DNA of 64,000 nucleotides from an uncultured Holophagales bacterium (GTDB lineage Bacteria; Acidobacteriota; Thermoanaerobaculia; Multivoradales; UBA5704): NCBI GenBank assembly GCA_963842525.1, contig CAWJGT010000009.1, positions 1,632,001 to 1,696,000 of the forward strand, read 5' to 3'. Shown piece by piece: positions 57,170 to 64,000 of this stretch (position 1 is its first letter; each line of letters starts with the position of its first letter). The notes under the pieces were generated by a model. It saw only the letters and a program-made list of their open reading frames with translations, ran no database searches and was not told where the DNA came from. The position numbers and the translations under genes were made by a program.

Positions 57170-58756
57170 ATGCGTCCTCTGCTTCTCGGCCTTGGGTTCA
57201 CCGCCGTGCTGCTCGGGCTGGCCTTCGGCCATCTCCGGCTTCTGAGCCAGCCGGTGCCCCGGCTGCTCGGCATCGTGCCGGACGATGCCTTCTACTATTT
57301 CCAGATCGCCCGCCATCTCGTGGCGGGCCACGGCTCGACCTTCGACGGCGTGCACCCCACCAGCGGCTACCACCCGGGCTGGATGGCGCTCCTCCTGCCG
57401 CTCGCCGCGGTCCTGAAAGACCCGGCCTCGCTGATGCGCGGCGCCCTCGTGCTCGAATTCCTCCTGCACGCGGCAACGGCCATCGCTCTCATCGGCCTCT
57501 TCCGGCGCCACACCTCCCCGGGCCTGGCGCTGGCCGGCAGCCTCTGCTGGCTCGCCAACCCCCTGGCCATTTCTCTTGCGCTGCAAGGCGTGGAGTCGGC
57601 CCTGTATGCCTTCAGCCTCGTCCTCGTCCTGCGGGCCATGGCCAGCTTCATTGCGGCGCCCGGCGAGGCTCTCCTGCCGCACGTCCAGCTCGGCGGCGCC
57701 CTCGCGTTGTGCTTCCTGGCACGGACCGAGGCCGGTATTTTCGCCGCCTTGACCTTCGCCATGGTGCCGGCGCTCCGCGGGTGGCGGCCCTGGGACCGGC
57801 GCACGCTGCGCTCCGTGCTCCTCCTCGCCGCCGTCTTCACCCTGTGCGTCGCGCCCTGGTTCGTCTATTGCTGGGTGGCCACGGGATCGCCCTGGCAGAC
57901 CAGCGGCGTCGTCAAGGCCTTATGGGCCGATCACTTCCTCGGCCACCTCAGCGCCGGCGAGCGGCTGGGGCGTGCCGCCGCCTTCACCGGAGTGTATTGG
58001 CTGGCCGCTCCGTGGGTGCGCACGCTGGCCTCGCCCCTCCAGGGGATCAGCACGTTCGCCTGGGCGGCGATGATTCCGGCTGCAATAGGGTTGTTGTTGG
58101 CCGTCCGCCGCGCGGAAGACCGGCCTCTGATCGTCTGGTCCGCCTGGCTCCTGGCGACGGCGACCCTGACCGGCCTGATTTATGGCCTGTTCTATTGGGA
58201 CGTCCAGCTCTGGTATCGCGCGCAGCCGGCGGTCCTGCTCTTCGTCCTGACCTTCGTCTGGATCGCCCGCGCAGGCACCGCAGCGTCCGCCGGCCCGGCG
58301 CGCGTGCTCTTCCGCACCGTGGTGCCGCTCGTGCTGCTGGCGCTGTCGTTGCGCGAGGCTTGGTCCCTCTACGGCAACCCTCCCGTCCTCTATCCCTGGC
58401 AGGCCGACTTCTATGCCTCCCAGCCGGAATTCGAGAAGCTCGTGCCGCTCGGCGAAGCCATCGGCTGCTTCAACGCCGGCATCCCGGCCTTCTTCAGCCA
58501 GCGCCGGATCGTGAACCTGGACGGCCTGGTCAACTCGTCGGTGGTGCCCTATTACCGGCAGCGCAATTTCGAGCGCTATTTCAGCGACCAGGGAATCCAC
58601 TACATCGCCGACGTGAGCAATGCGCTGGAGCGCACTCAGGCCTTCATGAGCCGCCCGCTACGACTGCGCGTGCTGGCGGCGGCGCCTCTGCGCGGCTGGT
58701 TCGCTCCCCACCGCATGCTCTGGCAGGTTGAGCCGGAACCGCCCGCCAGCCCCTGA
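57170..58756 (+). CDS. Polytopic membrane protein, GT-C glycosyltransferase-like
   Basis: DDAFYYFQIARH...TFDG...TSGYHP, GVES, LARTE, NLDGLVN. Start uncertain. Confidence 0.75.
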   Translation: MRPLLLGLGFTAVLLGLAFGHLRLLSQPVPRLLGIVPDDAFYYFQIARHLVAGHGSTFDGVHPTSGYHPGWMALLLPLAAVLKDPASLMRGALVLEFLLHAATAIALIGLFRRHTSPGLALAGSLCWLANPLAISLALQGVESALYAFSLVLVLRAMASFIAAPGEALLPHVQLGGALALCFLARTEAGIFAALTFAMVPALRGWRPWDRRTLRSVLLLAAVFTLCVAPWFVYCWVATGSPWQTSGVVKALWADHFLGHLSAGERLGRAAAFTGVYWLAAPWVRTLASPLQGISTFAWAAMIPAAIGLLLAVRRAEDRPLIVWSAWLLATATLTGLIYGLFYWDVQLWYRAQPAVLLFVLTFVWIARAGTAASAGPARVLFRTVVPLVLLALSLREAWSLYGNPPVLYPWQADFYASQPEFEKLVPLGEAIGCFNAGIPAFFSQRRIVNLDGLVNSSVVPYYRQRNFERYFSDQGIHYIADVSNALERTQAFMSRPLRLRVLAAAPLRGWFAPHRMLWQVEPEPPASP

Positions 58757-58759
58757 GGC

Positions 58760-59374
58760 TCACCCCTCCTCTCCCAGGCTCCGCCGCAGCTCGGTAAGCT
58801 CGGCGAGCTCGCGCCGGACGCGCCGGCCGTACCAGGAAGACCAGGCGAGCACGGCCGCCACGGCCAGCACGACCCAGCCGAAGGCGGAGAGCCAGACGCC
58901 GGGCGACGCCGGCTCGGGCTTGGACAGCAGGGCCCAGACCGCCCAGGGGATCAGGAACAGCAGCTCCGCCGCCAGCAGCCACGGGCAGAAGCGCAACGTC
59001 CGGAGCTTGCGCTGGCATCGCAGGTAGGAGATCTCGACGAAGTCGCGCGTCGTTTCGGTCGCCGTCCACCAGGTGCCGCGGCGGTTCCAGAAGACGAAAA
59101 CCAGAGCGACCGCGAAAAAGAAGACCGTCCCCGCGAAGCCCACGATTTGCACCGGGCTCGGATCGTCCGACACCTCGCGGAAGAAAAATGCGAGGGTCGC
59201 GAGGCAGCCCAGGACTTCGCCGGCGGCCAGGGCGATCAGGCCGTAGCCATGGCGCTTTGCCTTGCGCCGGATGCGGCTCCGGACAGCGGCAGAGAGGGCG
59301 GGCGGGGACGCGGGCTCCTCTGCCTGCCAGTCTTCCATCAGGTCCCGCCATTCGGGATCGAGCGCGGTTTTCAT
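58760..59374 (-). CDS. Four-TM membrane protein, probable anti-sigma factor
   Basis: Overlaps the ECF stop; N-terminal EWRDLMEDWQ followed by hydrophobic helices. Confidence 0.7.
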   Translation of the reverse strand: MKTALDPEWRDLMEDWQAEEPASPPALSAAVRSRIRRKAKRHGYGLIALAAGEVLGCLATLAFFFREVSDDPSPVQIVGFAGTVFFFAVALVFVFWNRRGTWWTATETTRDFVEISYLRCQRKLRTLRFCPWLLAAELLFLIPWAVWALLSKPEPASPGVWLSAFGWVVLAVAAVLAWSSWYGRRVRRELAELTELRRSLGEEG

Positions 59375-59955
59375 CTCCTGCCTCCTGCCGAATCCAGGGC
59401 TTGCCGGAGCAGCTTGCGCGCCCGGCTCAGGCGTACTGCGACGTTGTTCTCCGAGAGGCCCAGGACCTCGCCGATCTCCTTGTGACCGAGACCTTCCAGG
59501 CTGAGCACCACCACCTGCCGGGCCACCGGGGGCAGGCCGCGGACCGCGGCGCGCAGGCGGCTCCGGCGCTCCTCCTCCTGGACCTCGGCCTCGGGGTCCC
59601 GCCGCGGGTCGGCCACGGCTTCGGCCTCGGCGAGCTCCGCCGCGGGCGTCCGTGACCGCCAGCCGTGGGAGAGCCCGCGGTTGTGGGCGATGCGGAAGGC
59701 GAAGGTGCGCTCCGAGCACGCGCCGCGGAAGCGGGGGAGCGCCTGCCAGAGGGCGAGGCAGACCTCCTGGAAGAGGTCCTCGCGCCGGCTGGGGTCCGCC
59801 TCGTAGCTGGCCGCAACACGCCGCAGAGCGGCCCCCTGCTCGCGCAGGATCCGATCGTATTGCTCCTCCAGGGCTTCACGCACAGATCGCTCCTCCGTCC
59901 CCGGTTGACCGTAGACGGTGGTGCCGATCCTACCTGCCGAGGACGATTCGCTCAT
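59371..59955 (-). CDS. ECF sigma-70 factor
   Basis: REDLFQEVCLALW, FRIAHN, LEGLGHKEIGEVLGLSENNVAVRLSRA. Confidence 0.92.
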   Translation of the reverse strand: MSESSSAGRIGTTVYGQPGTEERSVREALEEQYDRILREQGAALRRVAASYEADPSRREDLFQEVCLALWQALPRFRGACSERTFAFRIAHNRGLSHGWRSRTPAAELAEAEAVADPRRDPEAEVQEEERRSRLRAAVRGLPPVARQVVVLSLEGLGHKEIGEVLGLSENNVAVRLSRARKLLRQALDSAGGRR

Positions 59956-61093
59956 TGCGCAGGAGGCGGGCGATCGCGGCGATCGAGAGCACGGTGGCGG
60001 CCAGGGTCGCGACGGCGAGGAGCGCGTGGAGCGCCGGATCGGTCGCCTCGCCGCGCAGGATCTTCAAGACCAGGATCTGCTGCCCGAGAAGGGGCACTGC
60101 CTCCATCCAGGGCTGCGTCTCGGTCTGCCCCAGGGTGAGCACGAACCCGGGGAGCATCGGGACCAGGAGGAGCAGCGAGAGGTAGGTCTGCGCTTCCTTG
60201 AAGCTGCGCGAGAAGATGGAGATCAGCATCTGGAGCGCCGGAGCGAGCAGGGCCAGCGGGATCAGGACGGCCAGGATCATCAGCGCCTCCCCCGTCCCGA
60301 TGCCGACCGGGACGTCGAGCCGCTGCATCCGGTCCGAGCGCAGCACGACGATCATGAGCCCCAGCGTGAGCACCACGCCCAGGAGGTTGAAGACGGTCGC
60401 CGACATCCACTTGCCCAGGGCGAGGGCTCCGCGCGGGATTGGGTGGACCAGAAGGGATTCGAGCGAGCCCCGCTCGCGCTCACCGGCCGTCGTGTCGATC
60501 GCCACGTTCATGCCGGCGACGAAAGCCGCCATCAGCAGGAAGATTGGGAGAGAAGCCAGGGCAAAGGCGGCGCGCGACGCCGCGGTGGATAGGTCGACCT
60601 GGTCGACGCGCACCGGCTGTGCCACCTGCGGGCTGATCCCCCGCGCCATGAGGCGAAGATTGGCGACCTGCCGGCTGTAGGTTGCGAGCAGCGTCTCGAC
60701 CCGTCGCACGTCGGCCCGGCGCTTGGTGCGCGATGCATCGTAGACCAGCTCGACACGGGCCGGCCGGGACTGCCGGAAATCGGCGGCATAGTCCTCCGGG
60801 ACCACCAGCGCCAGCTCCAGGTCCCGCCGGCGCACCGCGGCTTTTGGATCGGCGGGTGAGGGCCGGACCGTGACGTCGTTCTGCTCCAGGAACCGCACCA
60901 GCGAGGGGGCGCGGTCCGCGCCCGCCACGGCCAGCTCGACCGTCCGGTCGTCCGGGCGCAGCACGAGGGAGAGCGCCATCGCGGTGAGGAGCGGCCCGAA
61001 GAGCGAAAAGGTGAGAGCCGAGGTGAGCGACCGGCGGTCACGCCAACTGTCGAGGAGCTCCTTGCGGAAGACGGTCAGTGCCTTGACACGCAT
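59930..61093 (-). CDS. ABC-2 permease, NatB-like
   Basis: KELLDSWRDRR, DTTAGERERGSLESLL, SFKEAQTY. Confidence 0.9.
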   Translation of the reverse strand: MRVKALTVFRKELLDSWRDRRSLTSALTFSLFGPLLTAMALSLVLRPDDRTVELAVAGADRAPSLVRFLEQNDVTVRPSPADPKAAVRRRDLELALVVPEDYAADFRQSRPARVELVYDASRTKRRADVRRVETLLATYSRQVANLRLMARGISPQVAQPVRVDQVDLSTAASRAAFALASLPIFLLMAAFVAGMNVAIDTTAGERERGSLESLLVHPIPRGALALGKWMSATVFNLLGVVLTLGLMIVVLRSDRMQRLDVPVGIGTGEALMILAVLIPLALLAPALQMLISIFSRSFKEAQTYLSLLLLVPMLPGFVLTLGQTETQPWMEAVPLLGQQILVLKILRGEATDPALHALLAVATLAATVLSIAAIARLLRNERIVLGR

Positions 61094-61824
61094 CAGCTTA
61101 ATCCCTCCTCGGTCCCGATGAGCTGCACGAAGGCGTTCTCCAGGTCGTCCTGTCCGGTCGCGGCGAGCAGATCGGCCGGCGTGCCGTCCGCCACCACCCG
61201 GCCGCGGGACAGGATGACGACCCGGTCGCAGACCGCCGAGACCTCCTGCATGATGTGGCTGGAGAAGAGGACGCACTTGCCGCTCCCGGCCAGCTCACGG
61301 ATGGCCCGCCGCATGGCGCGGGTGCTCGGCACGTCCAGGCCGTTCGTGGGCTCGTCGAGGACGACGTTCTGCGGATCGTGGACGAGAGCCCGCGCCAGCG
61401 CCACCTTGCGCCGTTCGCCCTGCGAGAATCCGGCCGCCCGGCGGTCGGCGATCCCGCCCATGTCGAGCCGTTCGAGCAGGCGGTCGATGGTCTCCTCGGC
61501 CGCCGCGCTGCGCAGTCCCTGGAGCCCCGCGGCATACCGCAGGTGCTCGCGGGCCGTGAGACGGGCATAGAGGCCCGGAGCGTCCGGCAGCACGCCCAGG
61601 CGCCGCTGCGCCTCCGTGGCCTGCGCCGCCGGGTCGCGGCCGTCGATCCGGGCCTGCCCGCCATCCGGCCGCAGCAGCCCATAGAGCATGCGCAGCGACG
61701 TGGTCTTGCCGGCGCCGTTGGGACCGAGCAGACCGGTCACGAAGCCGTCCCGCGCCGTGAACGTGACGTCCTGGACCGCGGCCACTTTGCCGAAATGTTT
61801 CTGAAGACTCTGCGCTTCGATCAT
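61093..61824 (-). CDS. ABC transporter ATPase, NatA-like
   Basis: GPNGAGKT, FSQGE, LDEPTNGLD, SSH. Confidence 0.92.
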   Translation of the reverse strand: MIEAQSLQKHFGKVAAVQDVTFTARDGFVTGLLGPNGAGKTTSLRMLYGLLRPDGGQARIDGRDPAAQATEAQRRLGVLPDAPGLYARLTAREHLRYAAGLQGLRSAAAEETIDRLLERLDMGGIADRRAAGFSQGERRKVALARALVHDPQNVVLDEPTNGLDVPSTRAMRRAIRELAGSGKCVLFSSHIMQEVSAVCDRVVILSRGRVVADGTPADLLAATGQDDLENAFVQLIGTEEGLS

Positions 61825-61853
61825 GACAGGCTTTCTCCTCTCCTCTCCTCTCC

Positions 61854-63341
61854 TCACGGCGCGGTGCCCGAGGCATCGATGACGAACGGCGGCCGGCGGA
61901 CGGTCCGCACGCACGAGGCGTCGAGCTTCTCGGCGCTGTCCGCCTCCAGGAACCGGGCGATCAGCTTCGGCACGCATCCAGTCGTGGACGTGTTGTGACC
62001 CGTCCCGGGCACGACCACGTGCCGGCTCCTGGGGAAGTGGGCGGCCATGGCCTCACCCCAGCGCGGCGGCGTGACCGGGTCGAGGTCGCCGGACAGGATC
62101 AGCGCCGGAGTGTCGAGAGGGACCACACGGTCGACCTCGGCGGGCAGGGGGCCGCGCGGCCAGGAGGAGCACATCTGCCGCCAGGCCTCGATCTCCGATC
62201 CGCCGAGATAGGTGCCGCGTGTCGCCGCTTCCTCCTCGGCACGGGCGAGCCGCTGCACGTCCTCCGCACAGAGCACCGACAAGGTGAGGCCGAGGCTCAT
62301 CGTCTCGGGTGCCCAGGCGGCCGTCTCGAGAGTCAGAGCGGCGAACGGCGTGAAGTTGCCGGCCGCGGCCTCGTGGACCATGTAGGGGACGAGGCTGGCG
62401 TGGGCCGGCACGTAGAGGAGGCCGCGGAGCCCCGAGGCGAACCCGGACCGCGAGACTTCCATCGTCATCGGCCGGCCGGTCCGCGGGTGGGGGAGCGTGA
62501 GCCGCACCGGAGAGGCGTCCAACTTCGAAAGCAGCTCCGTCAGCTCCTCGCGGAAGCGGGGAAAGGCGGTCCGGCAGTTGCGGTCCGCCCGGCAGTCGGC
62601 CGCCATGCGGTCGAGCGCCCGCTGGGCTCCCCAGGCATTCCAGAGCGGGAGCTTGATCTCGAACGGCGCCGCGCCATCCAGGACGACGCCGCGCACCCGG
62701 TCCGGATGGCGGCGGGCATAGACGAGCGCCGCGCGGGTGCCATAGGAGCCGCCCCAGAGGTTGACCCGCTCATAGCCGAGGGCGGCGCGGACCTCGTCGA
62801 GATCGTCCACTGCCGGCTCGGTCGTATAGAGGCGGGGATCCGCCTTCGACCTCAGAGACTGGAGACAGGGCCGGGTATCGAACGCCTCAGTGGCCCCGCC
62901 CAGAGAGGCCAGCGGATCGCCGAATTCACAATCGAGAGGGTGCGAGCCGCCCGTCCCCCGCAGGTCGACGAGCACGATGTCGCGCTGCCGGTGCACCTCC
63001 CGGAAGGCGATAGGGATGAGAGCGCCGTAATCCGTCGCCCCCTGGCCGGGTCCCCCGGCGAGCAGGAACAGCGGATCGGGCTCGTGCTCGCGCCGCAATG
63101 CAGGCACCACCGCCACCCGCAGATCAATCTTCCGCCCCGACTGCGCCGCCCGGTCCTCCCACACCTGGTAGGTGCCGCAGAGCACCTCCTCCTCCAGGCC
63201 CTCCAGGTGACAGGGAGACAGCCGCAACCGCTCCGGCCGGGGGGCCTCCGCGAGGCCCGCGAGCGCCAGGAAGAGCGCCGCCGTGGACGCGGCCCGGAGG
63301 GCTCGTATCGAGGGGATGCTGGTTTCCGCAGAGGACATCAT
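61854..63341 (-). CDS. Secreted alpha/beta hydrolase (TAP-like)
   Basis: LAGGPG, DLRGTG, GGSYGT, GDLDPVTP, GTGH. Confidence 0.9.
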   Translation of the reverse strand: MMSSAETSIPSIRALRAASTAALFLALAGLAEAPRPERLRLSPCHLEGLEEEVLCGTYQVWEDRAAQSGRKIDLRVAVVPALRREHEPDPLFLLAGGPGQGATDYGALIPIAFREVHRQRDIVLVDLRGTGGSHPLDCEFGDPLASLGGATEAFDTRPCLQSLRSKADPRLYTTEPAVDDLDEVRAALGYERVNLWGGSYGTRAALVYARRHPDRVRGVVLDGAAPFEIKLPLWNAWGAQRALDRMAADCRADRNCRTAFPRFREELTELLSKLDASPVRLTLPHPRTGRPMTMEVSRSGFASGLRGLLYVPAHASLVPYMVHEAAAGNFTPFAALTLETAAWAPETMSLGLTLSVLCAEDVQRLARAEEEAATRGTYLGGSEIEAWRQMCSSWPRGPLPAEVDRVVPLDTPALILSGDLDPVTPPRWGEAMAAHFPRSRHVVVPGTGHNTSTTGCVPKLIARFLEADSAEKLDASCVRTVRRPPFVIDASGTAP

Positions 63342-63451
63342 CCTGGACCTCCCGGGCTTGGTTGATTGCCCGTCCTGATCCAGGTAGTCTCGGGAGCGGG
63401 AGAAACCTTACAGACACCAGCCCGTCAAGCTCCTTCTCCGGTTGTGTTCAC

Positions 63452-63836
63452 CCCAAAGGTCTATTGCCTGCAGGAAAAGGCCTTTCCCTCCGGCATTGCC
63501 CAATGGCCCCGAGGAATAGGCGCTTACCTCGGAGGAAGGGCCCTTTTGCTCCGAGATTTGCCCTTTTTGTCGGAGGAAAAGGCCTTTAGGGTCCAGGAAA
63601 AGGGCAATAGGCTCCGCCTAAAGCCCTTTTGCTTCGAGGTAAAGGTCAATTCCAGGAGCAAAGCCCTTTATCTCGGGAAATTGCCCTGAAACTCCGACCA
63701 ATAGGCCTTTCCTCCGAAGAAAAGCCCTTTTGCTGCGATCCGGCGAGCTAATCTGGAACCAATAGGGCTTTTGGTGGAGCCTATTGCCCTTTTGCTGGCG
63801 CCAAAAGCCTTTTCCTGGAAGGCGGCGACCTTTACC
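63452..63836. repeat. Degenerate ~21-bp periodic array of quasi-palindromic units
   Basis: (G/C)AGGAAAAGGCCTTT-like units at 63471, 63511, 63532, 63573 and 63594, continuing to ~63830; lower GC than the flanks. Confidence 0.7.
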
Positions 63837-64000
63837 CGCTGCTCATTGGCCTTCACTGTCCTCGGCCGGCCGTGGGCGCGGCGCCGCGGCGGCGACGTGG
63901 TCGAGGAGACGCCGGCGGTGAATGCCCTCATCGACATCCGCTCGCAAGGGGTCGCCGTCGTAGACCGTGAGCTGGCTATCCAGGGCACCCATGGCGCCGT

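Noticed and set aside
63843-64000. 3' end of a minus-strand gene at the window edge
   Set aside because: An open frame exists (…DSEGQ*), but it is too short to support any call.

Overview
GC-rich bacterial window whose gene content (Acidobacterial VWFA proteins, an ADOP-type duplicated permease, CRTAC1/ASPIC-UnbV plus TPR, an IPTL-CTERM tail) suggests Acidobacteriota, probably Thermoanaerobaculia (inference). Bases 1-5880 look like the right end of an island integrated at tRNA-Leu(UAA): the 3' end of a CmlA-like diiron hydroxylase gene, an IS1182-family element (572-5537, CTAG duplication) split by a nested 3374-bp four-gene TGT...ACA transposon (GCTTC duplication), and a tRNA-Leu 3' fragment. 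The rest is mostly accessory, envelope and signalling genes. The main candidate systems are: (i) a membrane protein and a CHAT caspase-like protease, encoded side by side, that share a matching N/G/S/T-rich motif at their facing termini (possible amyloid/RHIM-like signalling), followed by a permuted papain amidase and a lipoprotein; (ii) an operon of ECF sigma, lipoprotein TPR-CHAT protease, anti-sigma-like membrane protein and secreted S8 protease; (iii) a group II intron inserted in a REP-like hairpin that sits inside a MITE; (iv) a candidate sigma54-driven small RNA; (v) a multi-pass membrane TIR protein. Several palindromic repeat families occur, some translated in frame inside genes. About eight genes carry apparent 1-bp frameshifts, which probably reflect assembly indels. 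All family assignments come from motif recognition by eye, not from database searches.
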